Below are positions 39,871 to 53,300 of a stretch of 64,000 nucleotides of DNA, piece by piece. The DNA is from Epiperipatus broadwayi (lineage: Eukaryota > Animalia > Onychophora): assembly GCA_028023455.1 (NCBI GenBank), contig JAQFVV010000007.1, positions 11,160,001 to 11,224,000 of the forward strand, in the 5' to 3' direction. The notes beneath the pieces were generated by a model that made no database searches, was not told the origin of the DNA, and was given only the letters and a program-made list of their open reading frames with translations. Position 1 is the stretch's first letter. Every line of letters begins with the position of its first letter. A program made the position numbers and the translations under genes.

Positions 39871-41302
39871 GTAAACATACATATTGACAGGGGCGCCAAA
39901 ATCAAATTTGCATGCGGGTGCCTAGTACCCAGTGCCAGCCCTGATCATTCTTATAAGGTCTGGCCACAGAAGTTGATCTAATTGTACATGACTGCTCCAA
40001 AACTGTAATAATTCTATAATAATGTTTAGTGGATATGAAAATGTGATGTAAACATAAAGTGGCTAATTAAATGAACAATTCTATAAGATAATAATTTTGC
40101 CATAAAAGATATTTACTGAGTTCTCCCCAAAAAGTAATATAGTTAATAATAATTTCTTGTATTTTTAAGTAGAAAAACTATTTCTCAGATTTTAATTAGA
40201 GCAGAATTTAAAAACCGAATTTATCGTTTAATTATGAGTACATATTCCTGACACAACTTGTGTCTAGAAATTAAATCCATAATAAAATAATCTTACCACA
40301 AGTTCAATAATTATAAAACAATTAAACTTTAGCCAACCAGTCTAACTATGAAGTTATTGGTCAGGAAATGGGTTTAGTAGTTGTCATAATCTAAAGATTA
40401 AATTCCCAGATTAATCTAATGTAGTCAGAAGAGTGACAATATATAATTATAAAAATGGAAAAAAATATGTGACAGTTTTAACTCTTGCTGAAAAAAGGTG
40501 TCATCTTATTTTTCTTGTCACTGAGTCTTTTCATTAGTCTGTTTTGTCAAAGAAGGAAATATCTTTTCCCAATGCTAAAAACTATGGCAATAAGTATTTG
40601 ACTGATCATTTGTCTTAAGGTGTTTTAGTATGGATTTTATATATATATATATATGACTCTATCAACCACTATTGAATGTATAATGTCTTTTGGAAAATGC
40701 AAACATTATTTAATTATGACTGTTGCCTTTGGCAGAATAGCCTAGTTGGTTAGAATGTTACCTTAAATTCATGTTCATTAATGCCATTTTCTTGCCTTAT
40801 GCTGAAAACATCAAAACAATAAGAGAGATCAGAATCTACTAATAGCAAAACTGACATTTCATTTCCATTGCAGGAAAAGTTATTAAAATGTGTATTATCT
40901 AGTGTGTACTTAATTATGATGAAATTGTGACATCTTGCTAATTTATTTAACAAATGCAAATGATTGCACACACTTATACTAAAATATTTTTGTAGATGTG
41001 TTCAATTTCTTATTAATAGTTGCATAATTAGTTTTTAATTTTGTTTATATTATAATTTTAGTTTATATATTCATATCATGTACATAGAAAAATATCTGTG
41101 ATGTATTATTGAAAGGAGGTTTCCTTGACAACAGGTTGAGCTTGTTGGTTATTATTGATGTTATGTGTGTTGACTGTTTTTAATGATTATATATATATAT
41201 ATATATATAGTGAATTGTACAACAAATATGCAGTTTAGAAATAATATGTATTCTATTATAATTAAAAGTTATCAACAAATTATTAGCTATTATATGTAAT
41301 GC

Positions 41303-41305
<3 letters not shown>

Positions 41306-41388
<83 letters not shown>

Positions 41389-41397
41389 ATATATATA
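41306..41397. repeat. Interrupted (TA)n microsatellite
   Basis: Seen directly. Confidence 0.9.
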
Positions 41398-41924
41398 AGA
41401 GTCTTGGAACAAAACAATGGATATAGTGAGTTCACTCAATGCCAGATTTAGATGTAAACTAAACAAGCTACACCATAGGGCCTGGCAATTTGCAAGAGCC
41501 TCAAACAATTCCTATTTTTTTTTTATAAATGCAATTTTCTTTTAATATATTTAAACATTTTTTTATCTAGAATTTTTTTAATATTATAAATATTATTTTG
41601 GGTATATATTTCCCAGGTTTTTATTTATTTTAACTTATTGTAGCCTATTTAAATAAAATAAAATAATCATCTTGATATATATAAACTTTCATCTTTTATT
41701 AACATGGGTCATTTCAGTCTCTCTCTCAGTGTAAGCTGTAATGTAAATATATATTATATATCCTTTGTCATTACTTGTTAAGAGTAAAATATAAATATTA
41801 AAATAATAATTATTTTTTCTTTTTTTTTTTCACATATTCAATGGTGGTGAGTAGCCAGTATGGTATTCTATGTTATCTACAATATATAAAAAATTATATA
41901 TATATGACTTGCTTTATTGAATAT

Positions 41925-42060
41925 ATATATTGAAACAGTCAGTTTTATACACTTGCCTGTTTCACATATTTTATCCCCACACATCTATCTATGCCAGGTT
42001 TAAACCCTCTCAGAGTACCCATTTAAACAACCTTAAATTACTATATATGCAAAATCACGT
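41925..42060. repeat. Dispersed repeat with an inverted partner at 63600-63735
   Basis: cacttgcctgtttcacata...tatgccaggtttaaacc...acccatttaaacaacc is the reverse complement of ggttgtttaaatgggt...ggtttaaacctggcata...tatgtgaaacaggcaagtg. Confidence 0.8.
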
Positions 42061-42599
42061 ATATATATATATATATATATATGCAAACAGTAAGTCTGTA
42101 ATTTAATAGTATATGTATATATTACAGATATGTATCCATTTTATAAATATTTCTAGTTTAAAAAATATTTTAGTTTAAATTATTTAGCCAATTTTATTGT
42201 TATGTTATTGAAATCGCATATGTGTATAAGCCATTTCCGTTGTTATTCTGCATGTATGGTAATAAAATTAGTTTTCTACTAATTATTAAAGTAATTTTTC
42301 CAAAGTAACTTTTAATTTTTGTAAACAACTCTTAAATAGAGTGAATTTGGTTTTGTAAATATAAAATGTTAATAACAATTCGCAGAATTTTATAGCATTA
42401 TCACAATAAATTGCAGGTGGGAAAGAGTAGAAAAACAAAATCTAAATTAGTTGTCATAATTAAAAATTTTTTTCTAAAATAAATAAATGGGTTTTTCTAC
42501 TAGTTGTGGCTATTACATATATTTTTCTAAAATAAATGCGGACAAGCTTGTAAAATTAAACAGGTGGCCAGAGTTAGAAAGATATAAATACTTAAAGTT

Positions 42600-44200
42600 T
42601 TGTCACCAAGGATCGATCAGATATATAATAAGTGAATTGTAACCAGAACCCACATTTGTTTCACCTTTAAAATGATGGAGTAGAGCAGGCAATCACTCAC
42701 CGCATCTCTCCTTGCAGTGAATGGAGAACTTTGGTCCGATAAAATATAATGCCACACACCAGCAAAGCTGGCCATGGAAAAACCTCCATTAACTTTAAAT
42801 CATCACCAAAAGTGTCAACTTATTGTCATCTCAAGTGCCCAGAACTATCTGCAATGAAGACAACAGAATGATAAATTGATAAATTTTTATTCAGAGCTCT
42901 GTTCATTTACTGTGACTTTCAATTCTTTTTTTTAAAATCTGGCTATTTATTAAATCTGCCTTTCCCAAACATGTTTCCTAAAATCTGCAAAGAAAACTGT
43001 TAAATGCTAATGTTTAAATTTTGCCTGATTGTAAAACTTGTGATATTGAATTCTCTGTTAAAATGTAAAACTCTAATAATATATTTTAAACTAAATGTAA
43101 TGTATAATTTTCTGCAGTCTTTTATGCCTATTTCTAATCTATCCAATTTATTCTAAAATTTTATCATTTTGATATAATATGTATTTAATATGCGAAATAA
43201 CTCAAAACCACAAGTATAAATTTCAAACCTTTGCAATAATAAATATTAAATAATTGAATTAGTATTTTTATCACTCGCTGTTTCGAGATCATGTTATTAT
43301 TTTACTGATTAAATTTTGGGTATTAATATTACAATAATCAGTCATTCTCTAGTTAAAATTGTAGTTGCTTAATTATAATTATGAATTATAACTATTTATA
43401 TATGTAACTCATACATCATAGGAACTAGCCACAGAGATATTCTCAAAGGATATTTTAATGTTTTATTTGTAATTACCCTGCAGATATGCTTTGTCCTCCT
43501 TAGATTTATATATGTTGAGATGCAGGTGATAATATTAAACTAGGTTACTAATTAATTTAGTCCCTAAATAGTATATTTAAAATACTAAATTAGAGAAATG
43601 GGTTGTATAGATATGCAAATAGACGCTATCTATTTTTAAGGCATGATAATATAATTTTATGTATTTGCATTATATATATGTATAAGTTACGGATGTGTCC
43701 TTACTAAGAATGCAATGTACAATTATCTGCTCACTGCATGATTCTTGATGAGTTGCTGGTGGAGGTCACACTTATCCACTTAGTTTGGGTAAAGCACACA
43801 CTTTTAGAACTAGGGCACAAGGACCTAGATTATTCATAATTAATGCTTATCCGACTTCCTGAACTACTAATGTTCCTATTTGTAGCAAGTTGAGTAGTTG
43901 TAGGGCAACTGAGCCTTTGGAGGCTGAATCCCATGAATAATGATCCATTCGCACCTTCTAGCTTTATTAATATTTTAATATGTGCCATAGAGTATATAGG
44001 TAAACCTATCATAAAGCAGGTTTTCTCTCTCTTTATATTAAATGCATATCTAGCATCAGTGTATATCCTAATCTAGGTTAACACACTAACCTGTGTATCT
44101 CTGAGCCTAATTATGTGCTCAACTTAACTTTGATTAGATAGATGCCACAGGAGTGCTATTAAGTTAATTATATAACTTTGGCTATAAAGTTCCGTATGAT
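42600..44200 (-). mobile_element. Ty3/gypsy-type pol fossil (RNase H then integrase)
   Basis: IYTDARYAF at about 44040-44066 is an RNase H motif. LLVMILKLMEVFP and YILSDQSSPFTAR at about 42710-42830 are integrase core motifs. The order is RH then IN. No LTRs recognised. Confidence 0.55.
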
Positions 44201-44849
44201 TTAGCAGACTTCAAAAGAACTATAAAATTGGCATATTAATTTAGGCATAAACTCCCATAGCACACTATATTTTATTGAACACTTATGAGATAACATAAAT
44301 GCCTGTGAGTGTAATCTCTCATGTTCTCATTATATAATGGTGTATATTTTGATTTAATATTTATTATTGTTTTATAAAATTAATAATATTTGCAATTATA
44401 ACTCGTTTTCATATCTTTATTGTCTGTGAGTTCATTTTTATCCAACTCTAGATTTAATTGCACATACATCATTTTATCTATATGTAGATCATTCTATTAA
44501 GTTCTATAATTAATTACTTAGTCATATGTGTGTATATCTGACCAAATCAGTGTTAAATTAACTAATTTATGATTCTTATTGTTCTACCCTGGGTGACTGC
44601 TGGACCATGGATAAATTGAATGTTTGTGTAAGTTGAGAAATGTCATCCATAGGGTGTTAGATCATTGAGCAGAGGTGAAAGGATTGAATGTTGGCCGGAT
44701 TCTGGATGCCAGCATCCATATACTATCAGCTTTAGTGTATTTTGCCTGTGTTCTATATTTTGTTACGTGGAAGGACAATTCTTACCGTTACAATATATAT
44801 TATTTTTTATGTTTATAATCTTTTATTTTCTACCATTTATTTTTGGTAT

Positions 44850-47115
44850 TACATTTGAAAGCAGATACAAGAATAAAAAAAGGAAACAGCAGCTTGTAAA
44901 TGAAGCTCTAAACATTGCCAAAACTCGACAGATATATCACCCAAGGAAACAGAAAATTATCCACAAACCCAAGAAGATCAGTTAAGTCCAAAACAACAAC
45001 AGCCTATTGACTCTGATACTGGGATCATAGAGTCTGGAATATCAGTTGACAGGAATATTGAAACTTATCCCAGTGTGAGTGTGGTTGCTGTTGAAAAATT
45101 GTAATTTATAAATGAAACAATAAAATTCATGAAACTCAATGATATTGATCATGGGGTGTCCTCACTGAGAATGAACTCTCACACCAGATTTTAAAGTAGT
45201 CCATTAGAGGGTAAACACTGGAGTGGTTCATTTAAAACTCTAATAATTCATTGAAATATCAGGTAAGCTATTGTTCAAAAGGTCTTTAGCAATACAGAAA
45301 AGTTAATAGTGAAGCATAGGATTGGGAATGGCTTGTGTACTATACAACAACTGGTTGTGTTTATTGCTTTGTCTGCAAGCTGTTTTCAATATCAACTGTA
45401 GCACTAGCTTCTGATTGATTTTCTGACTGGCAAAATCTCACAGTAATTCAAAGTCATAAAAACTCTGATGACCATACAAGAGCTTTGCTTCCATACTTGA
45501 CAAAAAGTGTGCTTCTATGTTAGATTTATGGCTAGCAAAACAAACAAAAGAATAACAACTTTACTGGAAGAATGGGCTTGCCTATGTTATTGCAGTGATA
45601 TGCACATTAGAAGAATGGGGGCTGGCTTTTAGGGAGACAATAAGACCTTCAATCACCAAAGACTGGCATCTACCTTGATTTGTTAGAATTGATTGCTAAG
45701 TTTGATTCATTTACTTCCAACCACATAAAGTAATATGAAAACAAAAGATCAGAGTTCGCTTCATATTTATTAAAAAGAGTAGGGGGTAAACATGTGCAGC
45801 TTATGGCTATAAAGCATTTTACTTCAGTTTGGCTATAGAGTCTATGCTAGATCTTTCCCATGTGGATTAACTAACTGTTACAGTAAGAGATATATCACCT
45901 TGTGATAATTTACCTGTGGAACCCATTAACTTTTCTAGAGTTGGAAATTCACAGTGGTGTAGGTATGGCTGGTATGGTGATGGATTATTCAAGTAAGGGC
46001 TGCAAATAATTTTTCATTAAATGCTGAGGACAGACCTATGATAGTGCAGAAAATATGGTTGATAATTATTATGTAATGCAACAAATATCTTAGAGATAAA
46101 CAAGAATGTTATCTATATTTCATGTGCTGGATGTTTGCTAAATCTTGGCAGCCATGTTGCTGTAGATTGCTATTTAGATGCAGTAATCTTTTTTGCTGTT
46201 TTTTAAGACTTGCACACTTTCTTTTCATCTTTTATAAAGAGGTTGTTTGTAATGTTATCTTCTTTGAAAATAGACTCAGCTACCAGTTTCTGATACTAGG
46301 TGAGAAACAAATGTCAAAACAATGTCTGCCATATATGTTAGTTATAAGCCAATCATAGATGTTCTAAAGACACATTTATGCTGATGAGAATGAAAAAGGA
46401 GCTACAAGACTCATGTTCTGGAAGAATTTTACAATACCAGTTTGACTCTGTAGGATCCAAATATTGCACTTATTACATGTGCAAATCTGGACATCACTTT
46501 TTCATGGTGTTTAAAATATCAACAAAATTTTGATGACATTGAAAAAGAATCTACATCTAGTTTGCCTGATGTAGAATATAATTCTACAGAAAAAAGAAAA
46601 AGTGTGAGAAAAAACAAGCCAATGATGGAGCCACACATGATGTTGATGAGAAGTTTCTCCAAGAGACAAATTTCAAATGAAATCCTTTATTCATATCATA
46701 GACAGCCTTCAGACAAATTTGGCAAGAAGAGTAACAGCTTTCATAATTATGTTGCAAACAAAATTTTAATTTTTAGTTGATTTAGAAATGTCAGAGTCAG
46801 CTATATAAAGCAGTAGGTACTTTAATGAAAGAGTACCCTCATGATGTTGATATTAACCTCATGAGTGATCTGAGGCACTTCTATGATAATAACAAGCATA
46901 ATTATTCTGAAACAGAACAAATTTAATCCAAAGATCTGTATCAAATTATCTTTCAAGACAAGGTTCAGTTAGTTTTTTCTAATGATGAAACAATATTATG
47001 TCTATTACTGTGTGTAATGCTAACAAATTGTTCAGGAGAAAGATCATTTTCATAGCTAAAGAGAATAAAAAATGAACTGAAAGCATCTATGTCTTAGAAA
47101 AATTGTCTGCACTTA
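44850..47115 (+). pseudogene. Heavily decayed hAT transposase, 5' part
   Basis: KRKQQL at the N-terminus, EWLVY..TGCVYCFVCKLF, LAFR, LLELIAKFD, QTYDSAENM, CAGCLLNL and NCSGERSFS*LKRIKN. Many stops. Termini not found. Confidence 0.8.
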
Positions 47116-49881
47116 ACACAGTAGGTGGAGCTTCTTCTAGAAAGAAGATCACTTGCTTCACAGATCTCTTGTCAAGACTTTAAAAAGTCAGGTTTCCTGC
47201 TATCAGAGGTATTCCCTATGTGTATTTGTCCCTTTAAAGAACATTATTTGCTGTTTGTATGCCTTTTCATTCACAATTATCAGTTTTTAGTGTATTTCAT
47301 CATTATTTCACTGCATCTACTATCTGATTATCTACAATAGATTATCATATTCTTCCCCCCTGTTTGATGGGTAGGTTCACTGTTCTATGTACCATAGAGG
47401 GTTTTATTTCCTCCTAGACCCTTGACTTCATTTCCTCTCCAGTCAAAACTTTTTTTACCAACTTTTTTTTATGTATTGTTCCAATTATTTATGTCATTAA
47501 AATGATCTTCTTTTCTCACCCTCCTTTCTGGGGTAGCAAACTGCCTTAATTTTTAATCAATTTTTGTATTAACCAACTATAATTAACATCAGCAATCTCT
47601 CCAGTGTGAAATTACTTCATTTTTTTAAAATCAAATTCTTTAGATTTCACTTCAATTTTTTTCTTTATATAATCTGTAACTCTTCCAAACAGTTTAAAGA
47701 TGGCCACCGGCCCTAGCAGCAAATATGTGCAAAAACATATTTCACAAGAACAAAAATCTTCAAAACTTCCAAAAAATGTTAACTAAATTAAACTCCAGAG
47801 AAACTTTCAGCACAGAATCTATTTCAGGATCTCCATCTCCAGACCCTCTGGATTTTCCTCCCCTACAAGGTGAGGCTTACCCCATCAAAGGCAAGAAACA
47901 ATTCCAAAAAAGTAATCTCACCAATCAAAAGGTTGCTCCAAACAAAACTGGGAACATTAAAAACTCCTCCACTATAAAGGGCAAAAAACAGCCTGCTACA
48001 CCTAATTTTAATACAGAAACCTCAGCCAACTCTGATTTCTCTAAAAATTTAACACACAATAACTACACCAAAGATGATGCTACTCATAATTCCCCATCTC
48101 AATCTATGAGTACAACCAAGTCTGCCAATACTACTCCCACTATTATCAGTCACACTATAGAGCAATCCTTTATTTAAAAACCATCACCACAGCAAGTCTT
48201 TGCTAACTCCTATGCTCGGGTTGCATCCAGCAACTTACCAAAAAGTCCTAATAGAACCACAATGCAAACACCACAAGTGAAGCTCCTTCAAACTCTGTGG
48301 GGCCTTGATGAGGACAATCCGAACAATCATGATTCAGCCACCTCTGATACCTTCATTCCTAATAAACAACTCACACCAGAGAATCACACTGATCTCGGAA
48401 CAATTTAACCAAACAATTCCACTGCCCCTCCTCAAGTCACTTCTTTGCTACCAGAGTGACAGCTCTGTCATTCTAGCGGTTACAGATCTACATTGTGGAC
48501 ATCATAAATTTCCAACACAGCAGCTCTATGACCTTATCAAACTCCACAAGCTGAGTATCTACATAAAATCCTCACCTTTCCTAATGACCGATACATGGCA
48601 TTAGAGTTTCACAACACAATACAAAGACAAGCCTTCAAAAACAGATACAAATTTTTAAACAATATGTTCATGGTTCCAATAGACACCAATAGACCATGCA
48701 TACTTAAGGGGTTTATCAAAAACTGCCACATAGGTATGCAGAGGCAGAACCTACAGAAATATCTCGAGGCATTCAGACAAGTTACCTCATTTGAGTACCT
48801 TAGGGATCCTCTCACCAATGGTCTTACCTTCACCAACACAGCCTTATTTCAATTCATCCTTAAAAAAGGTCTAGAAGAAAGCATTCCCACAATAATAGCA
48901 GCTAAACTAGCACCTTTGGTCATTTTAATTAAGGGGATGAGGCCACAATGTTTCACCTGCAAAGACTGCAATCACCTTAATCGGGACGGCCCTCAAAAAA
49001 TAAATGCAACTCTTGCCAGAAAGAAAAAGGCCTAAACCACATTGTGCTCCGCACAGCCCCAATAAATTTGAACATCCTCCTTCAGCTAATCTCTCACCTC
49101 CACCTCACTTCAATTCAATTTTTCAGCATTCAGCCACCCTCTCACCTTTCAGTAAGATTCCAGCTTCCTCTAGGCCACATAATTTTGGTCTCACTCACAG
49201 CACACCACTCTCAGTTACAGCTTGCTCACAGGACCCTCTTTCCTTAATAGATATGAACCCTCATTCAAAACTCATAAATCATCCTGTCTGAGTCTACCAA
49301 CTCTGGCCCTTCCGCCACTAACAAGAAACATCAGAAGCATGCATGCCATAACCCATCAGATAGTGACACCAACTCTGACAGGCAGATTTCCATCCTTGAT
49401 CTTCCTGGTAAAATCATAATGGATCCTTTTCCTGAACCAAGGGCAAGTCTCAGACATTCAGAACACACAAGGAAAAAAAAGAATTCTTTCAGTGAAAAAT
49501 TCTCTGGCTTCAACCCGGGCCTCGTCACCCTCCTCTCTTCGCACTCTCTCACCTTCCTTTGCTGAATTTTTCTCGGACAGTGGTTCATCAAGTAACATCA
49601 AGAATGAATCATTGTGCAATTCTGGCAGGAGAAGCAAGAACTGTACTCCTCATATCTCTCCCATCCCAGCTCATCCTCGCTCACCATAAAATTTCCGTAT
49701 TCCTACCTTTTTCTAAGATGTGCTTTTCTAACCAGCCTGAACTACACACCATTTCCCCTGTCCAATTCCCATTCCCTTTTTACATGTATCCTTCCCCTCT
49801 TACCATTTTGTTCCTGAAATTTTATTTGTTTCATTGTATCTGGTTTTTTTTTTGATGAATAAACATCTCATCACTGAGAAA
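47116..49881 (+). mobile_element. ORF1-only (HAL1-like) non-LTR retroelement, 2766 bp, with 18-bp TSD and A-tail
   Basis: TSD AAAAATTGTCTGCACTTA at 47098-47115 and 49882-49899 splits the hAT C-terminal domain (EKLSAL|SIMSIE). The 3' end has a T-rich UTR, AATAAA and TGAG+A-run. It encodes only an ORF1-like protein; I recognised no EN or RT motifs. Confidence 0.85.
47700..49035 (+). pseudogene. L1/Tx1-type ORF1 (gag-like): low-complexity N-terminus, RRM-like region, degenerate CCHC knuckle
   Basis: ATG GCC at 47700. DFPPL motif; QKYLEAFRQVTSFEYLRDPLT..LTFTNTALFQF; KGMRPQCFTCKDCNHLNRDGP (CX2CX4HX4C with the last C changed to G). S/P-rich frames continue to about 49690. Frameshifted. Confidence 0.7.
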
Positions 49882-49990
49882 AAAAATTGTCTGCACTTAG
49901 CATTATGAGTATAGAAATTGACATGTTATGCAGCATGTCTTTTGATGACATATTCAATGATTTTATATTTGAGAAATCAAGAAAATTATT
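49882..49990 (+). pseudogene. Resumed C-terminus of the decayed hAT transposase
   Basis: KLSALSIMSIEIDMLCSMSFDDIFNDFIFEKSRKL directly after the TSD. Confidence 0.85.
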
Positions 49991-50382
49991 AATGTTTTAA
50001 GTTGGAACATAATGCCTTTTAGAGGATTATATAATTTCTGTATTTTGCAAACATTTAATAAAATTTAAAAGACATTATATTTCCCTTATGTTTTAAAGTT
50101 TTTATTTGAGAAAGACTATTCGTTTAATTAGTAAAACCATGATTATAATAAACATTTTGTAAACAATTTTTGATTTTGCTTGAATTTTTGTTATTATATT
50201 ATATATTTTATTGCTATATTTATATGTGAGTTTTTATATTAATATTAGTCTAAAGGTGGTCAATGCAAATGTAGTCTGTGAATACTGTTCGAATGATTAA
50301 TAATAGCATTGCATTTATACACATATAAATAAAGATAAGGTCTGAATTTCAAACATCATGATCAAGAGACACTCCTCTTGGC

Positions 50383-53300
50383 CAGGCCCGGATTTAAGGT
50401 GATTGGAGCAATTGGGCCCAATCAGGCCCCACACTTGAAGGAGCCCTGCACCACCACCAAAATTAACAAAAAGTTATTTTTCGAAATTTAAAGCAAATTG
50501 CTTTTGACGATAAAGGATAAATTATAAATTATTCAAATAATTAAAAATATATTTATTTTAAGTTCACATTGATGAATGAGATTTATTAGTGTGTTTATTA
50601 TAATATATATATACATTATAATATAGAAAACGGATACCCGTAAATGTCTTTTTTGACTAATGTTTAATTAATCGGATAGTACTCTTTCTCAATTATTCTA
50701 TTATATATGCGTCTTATTCAGCACACTCACATTCATTTTTTGGCATTAGTCATTGTTGCGCTGCACTCGCTATTAAGTAGATGTGGTTACTATCAAATGT
50801 CAATTGTTTATTGGATTTGCAGTTCTCTACTCTTCTAATCATTTTAATTATTAATGTCATATTTTGTGACTATAATTACTAATTGTTAAAAAGGGTAAGT
50901 ACTAATTATATTACATAATATTTATTAATAAGAAATTATATTTAAAATTAAAAATTTAAGCATATTTTGTAATTAAAAATGGATTTAATTTTATCATCAG
51001 ATGTTGAATCCACTGAAATGAGAAAGAGATGTGGGAAGAAAATATAATAGTGGTAGTCTAAAAAGGAAATTAAGTGCAAAAAGGAAAATTGAAAGTGAAA
51101 AACTCAGATGTGCTTTGAACAAATTTTTAAAAATAGATAATGATGACAAAGGTGAAGAGGAAGAAATTGACAAAAATGAAGAAGAAAATGATGATAAAGA
51201 TGAAGAAGAACAGGTAAAAAATAAACAAGAAACACAATTACACAGACCAGAACTGGAAAAAGCAAATTTTGGAATGAAAAAGGAAAAACTGAATATAACT
51301 GATGATCCCGCTTCTTGGCCCGAGATTATTACTCAACAAAAAATTAAAAAAGGTCCTACAAAAATTATCTTAAATGAGTTTCCGCGCCAAGAGGATGGAA
51401 CACCCATTTTAAAAGTGCATCTGAAAAGAAAGCTTATGATTGGTGAAATAATAAGCCGTCCTTGGATAATATATTCTGAATCAGAAGACAGAATATTTTG
51501 TTTTTATTGTCGGCTATTCAATATGGGTGCCTCAATTGCTCTAGCCACTGTAGGATTTAATAACTGGTCAAATATATATAATAGATTAGCCACACATGGA
51601 AAATCAAAAAATCATTTGGTAGCTATGTTAAAATGTACAGAGCTTCAAAAAAGACTATCTGCTGAACAAACAATAAATAATGTTCAACAGAAGTTGTTGA
51701 ACCAAGAAAAAGTTCGTTTGTATAAGATATTTGAAAGATTATTAAGTGTAGTTCAGTTTTTAGCTGAATGAAATATCGCGTTTAGAGGATCCATCGAAAA
51801 CCTAGGTGATGCACGAAATGGAAATTTTCTAGGAATACTTGAATTACTTGAAAAATTTGACCCAGTAATGCAGGATCATATACAAAGAATCACCACAAAA
51901 CAAATACACCAAAGTTATTTAAGCAAAGCAATACAAAATGATAATAAACTTAATAGGCAATATATTAAAAAATAAAATTATTGATAGAATAAAATATGGA
52001 AAATATTTTGCTGTGATTCTGGATTGTACTTCAGATGTCAGTCATCAAGAAAAAATGTCTCCTAGCATCAGATATGTTTCGGATAGAACATTACCAGGCT
52101 CGAATATCGCTATATATGAACAATTTATCAAATTTATACATGTAGAGAGCAGCACAGGAGAAAATCTATTTTTTGTGTTAAAGAAAGAAATTCAAAGTTT
52201 AGGGCTTGACATCAACAATATAAGAGGGCAAGGATATGACAATGGTTCAAACATGTCTCCAGTGTTCAAGCTAGACTCTTAAAAGAAAATCCAAGGGCAT
52301 TTTCTACTCCTTGTGTTTGTCACAATTATAATCTAGTATTGGGAGATGTAGAAAAAATTTTCTCAGAAGCTTTAACCTTCTTTGGTATTCTCCAACACCT
52401 ATAGGTTTTGTTTTTGGCATCTTCAAAAAGATGGTTAGTACTTCTCAAATATGTAAAAGAACTTACTGTGAAGCCTCTTTGCAATACAGGTGGGAATGTC
52501 AGATTCAAAGCATAAAAGCAGTGAGATACCAAATAGGTGAATTTTATGATGCTCTTTACGAAATATCAGAAATTTCCAAAGGTCCACAAATTAAAAGCGA
52601 GGCAGAATCTCTTGGAAATGCAATGAAAGACTAATTTTTTGGTACGATTTATTGTTCCAAGTCAATTATGTAAGCAAGGAACTTAAAGGTAAATCTGTAG
52701 ATGTATCCATTGTACTTTCTTCATTTGAAAAACTTTTAAAATGGTTAAGTGACTACAGAAATACTGGATTTGAACAAGTTTTAGTTCAAGCAAAAACTCT
52801 TGCAGAAGATTTGGAAATATCTAGAGAATTTCAAAATAAAAGGCTTTGGAAAAGGAAAAAAAAACATTTCAATTATGAAGGTGATGATGAACCTATTGTA
52901 GATCCAATAAATGCATACAAGATATCTTTTTTTAATTTTGTTTCAGATAAAGCTACAGAATCACTAAAAAATCGTTTTGAGAAATTGAAAAATCATAATG
53001 ACTTATTTGGGTTTCTGGGAAAATTTCAAAATATGAAAAAAGAAGCACTTCAAAACATGCAGCTAAATTAGAAATTTCTCTAACAGATTCTAAGTTCACA
53101 GAAAATGATGCACTAATAGTGAAGGAAGCTGATATAGATGGAAAAATGTTAGTTGAAGAAATGGAAGCTTTAAAATTTATCATTCCATCAGAATTTTTTG
53201 AAAATCCATTTAAAATGTTTAAATTTTTATCGGAAAATGATAGAGCAACGGCATTTCCAAACTTGTTTATTGCTCTCCGAATATATTTAACAATTCCAGT

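Larger units (their letters stand above)
35370..39943 (+). mobile_element. Full-length hAT DNA transposon, 4574 bp
   Basis: TIRs CAGGGCCGG and CCAGCCCTG. A perfect 8-bp TSD, ATCATTCT, lies at 35362-35369 and 39944-39951. GC-rich subterminal regions contain GGCGCC and GCATGC repeats, and a transposase lies inside. Confidence 0.95.

Noticed and set aside
41440-41510. ELFEALANCQAL on the minus strand, resembling pICln (CQALHPD)
   Set aside because: The HPD continuation is missing and the acceptor lacks a pyrimidine tract. The upstream 'GFS...H.I..D' match is better explained as gypsy integrase.
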